NCBI GenBank assembly: GCA_001179505.1
Contig: CDMY01000468.1
Coordinates: forward strand, 1 to 64,000
DNA length: 64,000 bases
Reading direction: 5' to 3'
Source of the DNA: Vitrella brassicaformis CCMP3155
Taxonomy: Eukaryota > Protista > Chromerida
In this document: piece after piece, positions 50,070 to 62,800 of the stretch
Layout: each line of letters opens with the position of its first letter
Numbering within the stretch: the first letter of the stretch is position 1
Made by a program: the position numbers and the translations under genes
Notes under the pieces: model-generated
The model's input: the letters and a program-made list of their open reading frames with translations, nothing else
What the model was told of the DNA's origin: nothing
The model's database searches: none

Positions 50070-51367
50070 CGCTGACGGACGATGAGCTGAGACCCCGATC
50101 GACCCCTCATCCCCCACACATACGCACCTGGAAGCGGCACAGCAGTGATATTTTGCAAATGACGAGAGGGAGCTCGTCGTAGTGCAGCGGGGGGAACCTC
50201 TTGTCCTATAGCCACACACACACACACACACACACGGTGTACACAAGCATCTAACGAACGGATCTCTCTCTCTTTCTCTCTCTCTTTCTCTTTCTCTCCT
50301 TGTCTGTCTGTCTAAGCGTACGCACCTCCCCTCACCTGCATGCCGCTCTTGATGGCGTACTCGCCCATTTTTTCGATCGGGATGGGGTCCAAACACCCAA
50401 TACAGCCTTGATTCACGTTTGATTGATGCACATCACATCACATCACACATTCATCCACACACACACACACTGCTTACGATTGCACAGTGTGCGTCTGGCT
50501 GGCTGGCTGGCTGGCTGTCTTTCTGCAGCATCGGATCGGACCCACCCCTCAATTCGGTCGATGCGCGATCGAACGACAAGTGCTCGTGCCTGCACACACA
50601 CACACACACACACAGATGGGGTGCTCTGTGTGTATTGATGGTGGGTGAGTCGATGCACGCGTAGCGCTAGGCGGGGCGGGTACCCTCTCCTTTTCTTGCA
50701 CCAGGTCACGAACAGGGGACACTCAATCCTGCTCACATGGCATGGCGTACACACACACACAGATGGATGGATGGATGGATGGTGTGTGTCGTGTAGGTTA
50801 GGTGTACCTAGCGTCAACAAACCGTTGCAGGTCCATTGGGATGACCGGACCGTTGAGGGGCTCACCCTACACACACAGGCAAACAGACACACAAAGGCAT
50901 CCGTCTGTCCATCTGCGTCTGTCTGTCCATCTCATCTGCGTTGCGTACCCATCTGTCAGATGAGAGCGCCAGGCTCGGCCGCATGTCGTGGATGACCACG
51001 TCAAAGCAGTACGCACACATGTCCTGACTCGCGTCCAACTCGGCGCTCGACAGCCTGCACACCACACACCACACACACGATCTCTCTCTCTGTTCGTTCG
51101 TGTGTTGTGTGGCCAAACATAATACCCAAGGATGGGCGGCGAAGGTGCGCTGGCGGGCGTGAGATGCGAGAGGGGTGGGGGGGGAGGGGTGGACGCGACT
51201 ACACCACAGAACAGAACAGACCACCGCACGACAGATACGTCACACACACATGAGAGTGTTTGTTGCAGGGGAGGTTTGGTTTGCTCACTGGCTGCCCTTT
51301 GGCTGTTGGCATTGCTGCTGGCGTTGTTGTCGTTGGTGGAGTTGTTGACCGTGACTGTCGTCGGCAT
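49428..51367 (-). CDS. AMMECR1: AMMECR1-domain protein
   Basis: Spliced motifs MCAYCFDV, CPLFVTW, GCIGCL...YAIKSGMQDKRFPPLHYDELP, DWVIGVHG, SATYLPEV, IRKAGYRGPI, VTRYES; TAG at 49428-49430; start uncertain. Confidence 0.92.
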
Positions 51368-51555
51368 GCTCGTGCTGACAATGCCGCCCTCAGCAGCAGG
51401 ACACGAATCACGGTCTACCAACCTGCCGCGAAGGTTACATGACCGAGAACACGACAGAGAGCCAATGGAATGACACACACACGCGTTCTCTCCATGCAGA
51501 ACGACGCGCAACAGCGTCAGTGTGTCCGCACACCACAACGGACCTTCCTATGTCC

Positions 51556-51586
<31 letters not shown>

Positions 51587-52347
51587 CCTGCCTCTCTGCT
51601 GGTTTGGTTTGACTGACCTGACGTTCGAAGGTCGTCTTCTCGCCCGCGAGAAAGGGCCACAGAAGCAGCCCACCGACGGCTTGATCGTGAGTAGAGCCAA
51701 CTAACCCAGGAACCAACGTACTTACTGACGAGGGAGAGCTAACACAGGAGGGGTGAGAGGGGGGGCTGAACAGGTGGAAGCGCGAGAAACAACGAGGACG
51801 CCAATCAGCTAGCTATCCATTCACCCACCGGCAGCCGCCACTCTCACGGCTGCTGGCTGGCTGACAAGGCGACATTGGCGCTTTCTTCTTCTTTGTGCGA
51901 GCTCAGTTGCGAGCTTTGCATTTGAAAAAGGAGGGATTGTTCCAATGCAAGAGGGGATGAAAACCATGAGAATCGGACAGGAATGGCTATCTGGGGGCAT
52001 TGATGTATGACATTGTGTGCTTATGTGTGATCGGCAAAAAAAAAAGAAACAATTGGCTGACATTACAAATGCACGCCTGCCCCGACAGCGTCGATGAGGC
52101 CCCCGGGCTCGGATCGCTGGTGTGTGAGAAAGCAACAGAGCTGGCCATCACAAACAGAGCTCGAGACCAGCTGCCGCTGCCGCGTACATCTCGGAGGACA
52201 CCGCATTGCTGTTTCCGAAAGTGACGGTAGGGAGGGGGAGAAGGGGAGGGGGCGTGTACGGTGGTGGGGCGTGACGTGTTGCATGCGACCTCTCCTCGGC
52301 TGAGTAAGGTGTGTTTCAAGCTGTCTGTCTGTCCGGCAGGCGAGGGC

Positions 52348-52496
52348 GACACGCTTAACCGATCGTCAGGATATAAAATGTAGGCAGAGATAGGCAGAGA
52401 CCAGCAGAGACATGATCTGCAGGCACACCTGGTCTACACGGATGATAGGCAGAGAGAGACACGCTTAACCAACCGTCAGGATATAATTGTAAGCAG
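52348..52496. repeat. Two imperfect 40-bp direct repeats 110 bp apart
   Basis: gacacgcttaaccgatcgtcaggatataaaatgtaggcag vs gacacgcttaaccaaccgtcaggatataattgtaagcag. Confidence 0.85.
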
Positions 52497-52714
52497 CGGC
52501 TGTACACAAGACGCCTCCCTTCTGCAACTGACGCACTTTCGTGCCACTCACTCTCTGCGTGCCTCCCTGTGGGCGTCATCGACCGACGCATGCGCAAGCA
52601 GCAACGAAGGGCGAACAGTCGACGTCGGGCTGGTGTGTTGCTCCTAAAAAGAGAAGGTGGACGCCACACATCAGTGTGGTGACGATGCACATCTCACACA
52701 TCACCTCGCAATTC

Positions 52715-53340
52715 TGACGCCTGGGTGGATGATGTGGTGGTCTTCTTCACATTCGTCGGTTCCGGCATCGTCACATACAACAAAAGTTGAATACCAACAA
52801 ATCTCTCGTGATGGGGGGCTCGGTCGTGGGGGAGGCGATCTCGCCTGCACCAAAGCGCGCAGGCGATTGTGTTGATGTTCAGTGTGAATCCTCTGTACCT
52901 TAATGACGCCCTCAGAGGTACAGAGGGCACGGTTGGTCTGGCGCCCGTTGGTCGTAGGCGCAGTTCTCGCGCGTGGCCATGGCCATGGCCTTGAGCTTCT
53001 CCACTTGGCTGGTGGTGCGAATCCATCGGTTCAACTCGAATTCGTGGGGGGCGTCTCTCTCGTGATGTCGACGGGACGAGCCGCGAGGACGAGCTTGGCG
53101 ACGCCTGGGTGTGTGATGGGCTGGTCTTTTTGACGTATGCTTGTTGCGGCATCGGTGGGTGGTCTTCTTCATGTACTTTGGTTCCGGCATTGTCACTCTC
53201 AACCAGGGACTTGATAACTTGTCAAGTTCGCCAAATGGGGGCCACGAGATCGCCTGAAACCAAGCCAGCAAGCGATTCAATTGATGTTCACTGTGATGGT
53301 TTGTGCTCCTCTGTACCTGAGTGAGGCCATCCATCGGTCC
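52715..53340. repeat. Diverged tandem duplication of a coding-like fragment (about 52715-52920 and 53100-53335)
   Basis: Shared blocks gacgcctgggtg..gtggtcttcttca..ggttccggcat.gtcac..atc.cctg.accaa..gcgatt...ttgatgttca.tgtga..cctctgtacct; minus-strand peptides VTMPEPKYMKKTT and VTMPEPTNVKKTT. Confidence 0.75.
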
Positions 53341-54109
53341 TCGTGACCTCTGCAATGCTCCAAAAACGCCGAGCGACCTTCAGCAGACAGCCACCAACTC
53401 AATCGACCCGGGCCTTGAAGGGTTGCCGACGGCCAACGCGTTGAGTGGATAATCACTTGCAGCCGATATAAAATGCAGGCAGCGATTTTTAGACGCCTGA
53501 CGAGCAAAGACACACAGAAGACCAGCGAGTCACATCTTGAATGAATGTCTACTCATGTCTCACCTTCTCTCGTGCTCACTCTGATAGGGCGGGGCGTTGC
53601 GATGGCAGCTCCAGTCTGAAGATGCTGCAGATAAGACACGCAAGTGTAGCAGCTGCTGTGCCTCGGTCGCAGTCAGATGGTGTGATAGTACACGAAAGAC
53701 TTATTTGACTCAGACACAAAGGGAAGCAAAGCCATATAGTGACGACACGCACCCCCAAAACCGCAGATTCTTATCGAAAAAGTCGCAAGAACGCATCCCA
53801 TGCCCACTGGATCGCTGTGCCGCAACCGCACTAGCACTGCATTCACAACACCAGAGAAGCGAAAGACATAAATCATTCGAATTCGTCGTACTCGTAAGCG
53901 CTCGCTTACATTCGCCAAATCCACAATATCGCTCTCGTCCCACACCCTTGCCTCGCCACGTTCAAGACCATGTCCTTGGTCGTCAGATGATGACGTCTCC
54001 TCTGCACGGACACGGACGTCCATTCGTGTGTCAATTCTGGCGAAACGGGCACGCATGTATGCGCTCACCAGAACCTTCTCTCCCACTCAGGATGGCGTCT
54101 AAAGTTATT

Positions 54110-54811
54110 CTATGTTAGGATGGGCGGCCGTACACGCAGTAGGGGGCGATGGGGGGCATCGATCTCGTCATCTCTTGGACAAGGGCATCGGCGTACGCTG
54201 CGGTGTAGAAGTCTTCGGCGGGGTCGTTCAGCGCCCTGCACATGAAGCAGACAACAGACAACACATAGTAGCTTCAAAGGCAGCTATGTTGTGAGGTGTG
54301 CTTGTACCTATCGATGACGAGACGGGCACGATCCGCCCGTCGCTGCCGCGCGACGCGCCGGCGGTGGGCCCACACCTCGGCCGCAAACTCACGGCAGACT
54401 GTTCATGCAGCAGGCACAAGAGACATTTGAGATGCACATATTCACTCACTGGCTGACGATCTTACCCACAGCCGCTTCATCGGCGACATGTCGCAAGATG
54501 TTCCACAACAGCTCCCGCGGAATCGCTGAAAACCCGCGGTCTGCTGACTGGGCGGGTGCAGCAGCAGCACCAGCAGACGACCCATCCCCCTCCTCGCCAA
54601 TCTGGGCAGGCGGCTGCTGGGTCTTGCCGTCTCGTCCATTGGCATCTTCTGCTGCCGGTGGTGGCGCGCTGGTCTCCTCCTCTGCGCCATTGTTGTCCTC
54701 CTCCGGCCCTGCTTCTCCCTCTTGCCCGTGTTGCTGCTCCTGCTCCTGCTTGCGCGCCTTAGCGGTGGTCACATCGGCCGTGTTGAGCTCTGCGGTGGCG
54801 CTGGCGACCAC
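54110..54811 (-). CDS. Small acidic protein with an F-box-like motif (possibly a truncated gene)
   Basis: MVASATAELN...acidic linker...GFSAIPRELLWNILRHVADEAAVGK, followed by two short exons. Confidence 0.4.
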
Positions 54812-55906
54812 ATCTGTACAGAGCCATCAGTTCATCTGCACGTACAAACACGGCAAGAGGAGGCATCTGAGCACACCCATGGCAACGAAATGCACCATGC
54901 ATTCATCCCTACACTTCATCCACACACCACACCATCACCACACCCAAGAGACATGACGCACAAGGCCACGCTCATCTGTATTTACCTGACGGAGTCGCTT
55001 TGGGGGAAAAGAAGGCGCCTGGGCACTTGGCTGACGCCAGGCAGGCGCCAGCCGCTCCGCAGAAGGCAGGGCGCCAGCAAAGGAGGCCTCGCCCGGGGCA
55101 CGGCGGTGGAGGAAAAAAGTGGCGGATGAAATCCGGACGAGTTGCGAAGGGTATAGGGAGATGCGGCGGACAACACAAGCCAACAACCAGCCGAAAAGAA
55201 AAAGAAACGGAGGAGATGTGGCCGAAACAAGGCTGGAAAGCCGAACGCGCTCGAAAACGAAAGAAACTGCTGCAAGTTCGTAAATCATTGTTGTCTCCGT
55301 CTCAGAGCGCTCGCAAAAATATATCTCGCCGCATTTGATTCTCGCTTTCTGCGGACAACGGGAGGCCAGTACTGGCAGACAGAGGCAGAGACGATGGCTG
55401 CTGCCAGAAGAAGCCATACAGATTGCGTGCGAGATCCGCTCACTTTTCTTTTTCGTCGGTTTGGTCGGATAGAGGTCTGACGTCTGAGATGCGATGCGCC
55501 TGTGTGGGTGCAGAGGCTCTTCATTTGACCTCTGGTGGATCCTCAGCGAAGCTCCAAGTATCCCACCAGCCAGCCTTGTGGACCGGAACGGCTTGCATTT
55601 CTTGTGTGTTGACCTTTGCAGTGGATGGATTTCACGCCATGTCTGCCGCACACACACGAACACACTGTTACTGTTACTGCACTGCTTAGCAGCTTGGCAG
55701 AAAATCTCGTCCCTCTACCAAACAATCAGACAGTCAAGACAGACAGACAGCAGACAGGCAATCCATCAGTGTGTGTACGCAGACAGACAGCCAGGCGGAC
55801 AGAGCAAAAACAGAACACACAACACAACACATGACACTACACACATCACAGCACATCACAGCACAAATCACATGCATGGACCTCATGAAGGGCACAAACC
55901 ACACAT

Positions 55907-58882
55907 TCAATCACAATCACACCAACGTGCACGCAGCCACTCAGACGTCGTCATATCATTGGATGGGGAGGGGAGGGGAGCGGGGAAGAACCACTCCACT
56001 ACCCTCCCCAGCCCACCCCACCAGGGCCCTCTGCTGGCCGTGGTCGTGGCTGTGGCTGTGTGCTGCTGGCTCTCGGCATGTGTGTGGCCGCTGACGGGGG
56101 GCGGGACGTCCTCCGGGGCGTCTAGCTGGTCTGAGGGCGAGAGGAGGTAGCATGAGGGCGGGAAGCACGCCTTGGAGGACGTGACGGGCGCCTCCAACTG
56201 ATCAACAGGTACAGAGACATACAGCGAGAACGACTGCAGATTGTCGCGTGTCTGTCTGACGGTATGGTCGCAAGTTCTGCTGCTCACCGTTTGTGACACG
56301 TCGAGTTTGCCGAGGATGGTGTTGCTCACCTGGAGTGGGGGCTCGGCGGTGGCTGGGTCGGGCTGCGGCACCACGCCGGTGGAGCTGGCCAGGTCGGCCG
56401 GCAGGTCGTAGTCGATGTCAGGATTGACAAAGCTCGCCACCTCGATCTCATTCTGACCAGACACACACATGCACGGAACCAGTGGGATCCACTCTTGCGG
56501 CCCGTCCCGTCCACCCTCCCCCCCTCTCCCTTCTCATCCCCCCTCTCACCAGCCTGTCGCTCGCGCCCTCATGGTCTGCCGCACGGGACACCATCCCCAC
56601 GCCCATCCCCCCGGTCACCTCTCCCGGCTTCTCACTCGGCATCGTCTGCCCTATCAGCTCGGCGATGATGATCCCCAACGCACACTCGTCGAGCTCCACC
56701 CGCCGCAGCTGCAGCAGCGCGAAAATGGCAGGCGTGAAGCCCGCCAGGTCGAGGGCCAGCTCGATGTTGGGCCGCTCGCGATCGAAGAGCCGCAGCGCGT
56801 AGGCGGCCTGGCCGGCCGCCCACGGCGACGAGGGCGTGGGGCCGCCGTGGTGGCCGCTGGCGGTGCCCGGGATGGCTGCGGGGCTGGTGGTGTAGAGCTG
56901 CTCGTGCGCCTGCTGCTTGGTCATGGGATCGTAGTGGTGCGCGGCCCGCCACATGACCTGTGCGATGGAGAGTCGGATCTCTGCACGCAGCGAGGGCTGC
57001 TGGGGCAGCGGGGCCTTCTCGAGGTAGAGCCGGATGAGCGTGTGGACGAAGCAGCTGTTGATGGTGCTCTCGAATTCGACCAGCTTGCTTTCCAACAGCA
57101 GGCCCAGGATCTGGCCCAGCTTGTGCTCGATGTCCTCGTTGAGCAACGCACTCGCACCTTCGGGCGTGAAGTGCCCGATGAAGATGCTCAGCGTCGTCAG
57201 GGCCTGCCGCAGCGGGAGCGGCTCCGCGAGGGCCTCGACCGACGGCTGCACGCAGGCCGCGTACTCGGAGAGCGGCGACAGGGTCAGGTCGTGGTCGAAG
57301 TCCCTCTCAAGCGTCATGTCGAGCGTCATGTCAGGACGGCTGCCCAGCAGACGGCCGATCACACGCAACGCTGAACACAGGTGAGAGAGAGAGAGAGAGG
57401 GAGATGTGTGTGTGTGTGTGTGTGTGAGTTGGTCATATCTACCGAGTGGCAGGTGTCCGCAGAGGTCTCCAGTTCTGGCGGCGGATTCGACGTCCACGTT
57501 GGGGCAGAGCTGCCGCAGCAGCCGGACAGAGTTGGTGCGGTCCAGCTCACCCAGGTGGATGTGCCTCGGAACCAACGGACACTTCTCGGGCAAATCTGCA
57601 CACACACACACACACACACAGATGAGACGCATGCAAATGCGTGTTATCCCTGTGTCAGTAGGTTTGTCTATCTGTCTGACCGCCAGGTTTGATGATTCGT
57701 GGCGATGTGAGCAGGGTCTTGAGGTGCGGGCATGAGTCCGGCATACACCGCACACACACAGACCCTTGGGGCGCACCGTTATCGAAAACGATGAGCCTCT
57801 TGCCGCTGGCGGTTCCCGGGGTGGCTGCGATGGGACCGGCTGGTTGCGGTGGCGCCTGTTGCGTGTCGAGCATGTGCTGTGTGGGTGTGCGGAAAAGATC
57901 GGCGATGCCGCCCCCGATGTTGACGAGCGAGCGGATGGGCGTTATGCCGGACAGACAACGGAGCACCTGAGACCTGACGACATGCAGACAGACAGACAGA
58001 CAAGGAGACATCGCAGAAAGCACCACTTCACGCCACATATTTATACCAGTCGACGCACAGCCCCGTCGGGAGTAATGACAAGAGCACCTCCGAGTGGTCG
58101 GCAGCCGCCGGCAGCAACACAAACTTGTTCGACTGTCAATCAAAAGACACATACAACGCATCACATCACAATGATCACAATGAGGCCATGCCCCCTCCTC
58201 CCTCCCTCCCTCGCACACACGTGTGTGTGAGAGGTGTGTACTGCACATACCTCTTGGTGGGGCGAGGGGATCTCCGCCGAGTGTCTGACGAGCCAGTTGA
58301 TGGAGTTGCCGACCAACAACGAGTCGTAGAAGGCGTAGACGAACTTGCGGGCGGCCGTGTCAGCCACGTGCAGAGCGCCCGCATCCAAACTGACCGGCCG
58401 ATCCACACACACACACACACACGACTGCTGTCTATGTCTTGTTTCCGTCGTGTGGCGGTGGTGGTGATTACAATGATGCGGAGGCGATGGCTCGCGAGTT
58501 GCAGCTGCTGAGCACCACGCCCTGGCATGACGGGCCGCGCTGAACAAAACTCCACGGGCCCGGAGACCTGACACCCAACACACCAACACACAACACAACA
58601 CACACATGGGGCCCATTCTGACAACTCACTCTATCTCACCTGAACAGGTCGCAGAGTGAGTCGGCCTGCAGTTCGGCAGCACGTGGGTCGCCCTCGGCCA
58701 CATCCTCGTTGATCTCGGCAGCACGCGGGTCGCCCTCACACGGGGCCGTGTTGAGCCAATCCAACCAGTTGACCACCTGACAGCAGTGGTGGAGATGCAC
58801 AGATGGACGGACGGACGAATGGACGGCGCAGAGGTGTGTGTTTGTGCGTGTGTGTGAACCTGGGAGAGTGTCTCTTGTTTGC
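55907..58882 (-). CDS. Array copy D: W2 end + CHAT Cys half + NB-ARC-like STAND core + winged helix + helical/TPR-like tail (most complete copy; 5' part lost in gap)
   Basis: VVNWLDWLNTAP; GVVLSSCNSRAIASA; DTAARKFVYAFYDSLL; KRLIVFDN; CPHLKTLLTS; CGHLPLALRVIGRLL; LSIFIGHFTPEGA; FVHTLIRLYL; ALRLFDRERPNIELAL. Confidence 0.75.
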
Positions 58883-59182
58883 NNNNNNNNNNNNNNNNNN
58901 NNNNNNNNNNNNNNNNNNNNNNNNNNNNNNNNNNNNNNNNNNNNNNNNNNNNNNNNNNNNNNNNNNNNNNNNNNNNNNNNNNNNNNNNNNNNNNNNNNNN
59001 NNNNNNNNNNNNNNNNNNNNNNNNNNNNNNNNNNNNNNNNNNNNNNNNNNNNNNNNNNNNNNNNNNNNNNNNNNNNNNNNNNNNNNNNNNNNNNNNNNNN
59101 NNNNNNNNNNNNNNNNNNNNNNNNNNNNNNNNNNNNNNNNNNNNNNNNNNNNNNNNNNNNNNNNNNNNNNNNNNNNNNNNNN
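58883..59182. other. Assembly gap (300 N)
   Basis: Run of N. Confidence 1.
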
Positions 59183-59800
59183 GGGGTGATCTCGGCAGAA
59201 GGGGACTTGACGGGCGCCTCCAACTGATCAACAGGTACACAGACATACAGCGAGAACGACTGCAGATTGTCGCGTGTCTGTCTGACGGTATGGCCGCAAG
59301 TTCTGCTGCTCACCGTTTGTGACACGTCGAGTTTGCCGAGGATGCTGTTGCTCAGCTGGAATGGGTGTTCGGTGGTGGCTGGGTCGGGCTGCGGCACCGC
59401 GCCGCTCGAGCTGGCCAGGGCGGCCGGCAGGTCGTAGTCGATGTCAGGATTGACCTCGGAGAGTGGCGACAGGGTCAGGTCGTGGTCGGAGTCCCTCTCA
59501 GGCAATGCCGCCACCGATTCGGGCGGCATGTCAGGACGGCTGCCCAGCAGACGGCCAATCACACGCAACGCTGACCACAGGTGAGAGAGAGAGGGAGATG
59601 GGTGTGTGTGTGTGTGTGTGTTGGTTATATCTACCGAGTGGCAGGGTCTCCAGTTCTGGCGGCGGGCTGGACGTCCATGTTGGGGCAGAGCTGCCGCAGC
59701 AGCCGGACAGAGTTGGTGCGGTCCAGCTCACCCAGGTGGATGTGCTTCGGAACCAACGGACACTTCTCGGACAAATCTGCACACACACACACACAGATGA
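59183..59800 (-). pseudogene. Array copy C: internally deleted fragment
   Basis: HLGELDRTNSVRLLRQLCP exon, then RVIGRLLGSRPD...TLSPLSE joined directly to VNPDIDYDL of the terminal exon (junction about 59455). Confidence 0.7.
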
Positions 59801-59844
59801 GACGCATGCAGACGCGTGTTATCCCGGACGGCCATGTGCTCAGC

Positions 59845-62800
59845 TCACCGGTAGTCGACAGAGATGAGGAGTCCGTCCATGAAAAAGTGCTGGATGAACA
59901 CCGGCAGGGGGGACGACAGCACAGAAGCGCCACCGCCACCGCCACGGCCACCACGAGCACCCGCAGCGCTGGTAGGCAACCCGCCCCCACTCCCCGACTC
60001 CTCAGAGGCTGTCCTGCTTGGTCCCTGCTCGTCGCCGTCATCGGGCCTGGACATCGGGCCTGGACTCCTGGCCCGCAGACGCCCTCTTCTCGACCATTTG
60101 TGGCATCCTGCCGTGCTCGAGGAAGGCGGCGATGAACTCGAAGGTGTTCTGGTCGGTGGTGATGGGCAGAGGCATCACACGGACGTCCACACGGGACTCG
60201 TTGGGACCCCAGCCGCTGTCAGAGGAGGTGTTGGGACGCTCGTCAAGCACCACTGACACCATGTCCACCGACGGCCCTGTGCTGGCGCCGGGGCTGGTGG
60301 TGCTGGCGGTGCCCGGGATGGCTGCGGGGCTGGCGGTGTAGAGCTGCTCGTGCGCCTGCTGCTTGGTGATGAGATCGTAGTGGTGCGCGGCCCGCCACAT
60401 GACCTGTGCGATGTAGAGTCGGATCTCTGCACGCAGCGAGAGCTGCTGGGGCAGCGGGGCCTTCTTGAGGTAGATCCGGATGAGTGTGTGGACGAAGTAG
60501 CTGTTGATGGTGCTCTCGAACAGCTGATGATGGTGCTCGGAGTCCTCGTTGAGCAACGTACTCGCACCTTCGAGCGTCGTCAGGGCCTGCCGCAGCGGGA
60601 GCGGCTCCGCGAGGGCCTCGACCGACGGCTGCACGCAGGCCGCGGACTCGGAGAGCGGCGACAGAGTCAGGTCGTGGTCGGAGTCCCTCTCAAGCGTCAT
60701 GTCAGGACGGCTGCCCAGCAGACGGCCAATCACACGCACCGCTGAATGAACACACGTGAGACAGAGAGAGGGAGATGTGTGTGTGTGTGTGTGTGTTGGC
60801 TATATCTACCGAGTGGCAGGTGTCCGCAGAGGTCTCCAGTTCTGGCGGCGGATTCGACGTCGATGTTGGGGCAGAGCTGCCGCAGCAGCCGGACAGAGTT
60901 GGTGCGGTCCAGCTCACCCAGGTGGATGTGCTTCGGAACCAACGGACACTTCTCGGGCAAATCTGCACACACAGATGAGACGGCATGCAAAGGCGTGTTA
61001 TTCCTGTGTCAGTAGGTTTGTCTGTCCGGCTGACCGGCAGGTTTGATGATTCGTGGCGATGTGAGCAGGGTCTTGAGGTGCGGGCATGAGTCCGGCACAC
61101 ACCACACACACACAGACCCTTGGGGCGCACCGTTGTCGAAAACGATGAGCCTCTTGCCGCTGGCGGTGCCCGGGGTGGCTGCGATGGGACCGACTGGTTG
61201 CGGTGGCGCCTGTTGCGTCTCGAGCATGTGCTGTGTGGGTGTGCGGAAAAGATCGGCGATGCTGCCCCCGATGTTGACGAGCGAGCGGATGGGCGTTATG
61301 CCGGACAGACAACGGAGCACCTGAGACCTGACGACATGCAGACAGACAGACAGACAGACAGACAAGGAGACATCGCATAAAGCACCACTTGACGCCACAT
61401 ATTTATACCAGTCGACGCACAGCCCCGTCGGGAGTGATGACAAGAGCACCTCCGAGTGGTCGGCAGCCGCCGGCAGCAACACAAACTTGTTCGACTGTCA
61501 ATCAAAAGACACATACAAGGCATCACATCACCATCACAATGAGCATGCCCCCTCCTCCCTCCCTCCCTCGCACACANNNNNNNNNNNNNNNNNNNNNNNN
61601 NNNNNNNNNNNNNNNNNNNNNNNNNNNNNNNNNNNNNNNNNNNNNNNNNNNNNNNNNNNNNNNNNNNNNNNNNNNNNNNNNNNNNNNNNNNNNNNNNNNN
61701 NNNNNNNNNNNNNNNNNNNNNNNNNNNNNNNNNNNNNNNNNNNNNNNNNNNNNNNNNNNNNNNNNNNNNNNNNNNNNNNNNNNNNNNNNNNNNNNNNNNN
61801 NNNNNNNNNNNNNNNNNNNNNNNNNNNNNNNNNNNNNNNNNNNNNNNNNNNNNNNNNNNNNNNNNNNNNNNNNNNNACTGCACATACCTCTTGGTGGGGC
61901 GAGGGGATCTCCGCCGAGTGTCTGACGAGCCAGTTGATGGAGTTGCCGACCAACAACGAGTCGTAGAAGGCGTAGACGAACTTGCGGGCGGCCGTGTCAG
62001 CCACGTGCAGAGCGCCCGCATCCAAACTGACCGGCCGATCCACACACACACACACACACGACTGCTGTCTATGTCTTGTTTCCGTCGTGTGGCGGTGGTG
62101 GTGATTACAATGATGCGGAGGCGATGGCTCGCGAGTTGCAGCTGCTGAGCACCACGCCCTGGCATGACGGGCCGCGCTGAACAAAACTCCACGGGCCCGG
62201 AGACCTGACACCCAACACACCAACACACAACACAACACACACATGGGGCCCATTCTGACAACTCACTCTATCTCACCTGAACAGGTCGCAGAGTGAGTCG
62301 GCCTGCAGTTCGGCAGCACGTGGGTCGCCCTCGGCCACATCCTCGTTGATCTCGGCAGCACGCGGGTCGCCCTCACACGGGGCCGTGTTGAGCCAATCCA
62401 ACCAGTTGACCACCTGACAGCAGTGGTGGAGATGCACAGATGGACGGACGGACGAATGGACGGCGCAGAGGTGTGTGTTTGTGCGTGTGTGTGAACCTGG
62501 GAGAGTGTCTCTTGTTTGCCTGGTGTCTTGTCCTGCTCGTCCTCCCGCCACTGGACACACAGAGGGGCCCGTGAAAGCAGTCAGCCAGTGCATCCTCTCC
62601 GTGTGTGTCAGTCAGTCATGTGTGTTGGGCTACCTACCCAGGTGAAGTACTGTTCCTCGATGATGTCCTGCGTGTAGAGGGCGTCGAAGACGGCCTCGAC
62701 CAAAGCCCACAAGGGCGATATGCGGACGTGACGCAACTCTATTATGTCACACACAATGGACACACACAATGGACAGAGACACACACACATAGCGGAGAGA

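Noticed and set aside
52363-52490. gtcaggatataa resembles the T-DNA border/oriT core (GRCAGGATATAT)
   Set aside because: Mismatched core, no match over the rest of the 25-bp border, and no relaxase or bacterial DNA nearby; kept only as a direct repeat.
55000-55338. Basic K/R-rich 112-aa ORF
   Set aside because: Low complexity, no domain, and lies in the probable promoter region of the adjacent gene.
58636-62261. Long ORFs running through N gaps (also near 2.4-3.2, 35.9-36.6 and 41.0-42.0 kb)
   Set aside because: Artefacts of translating N as X.
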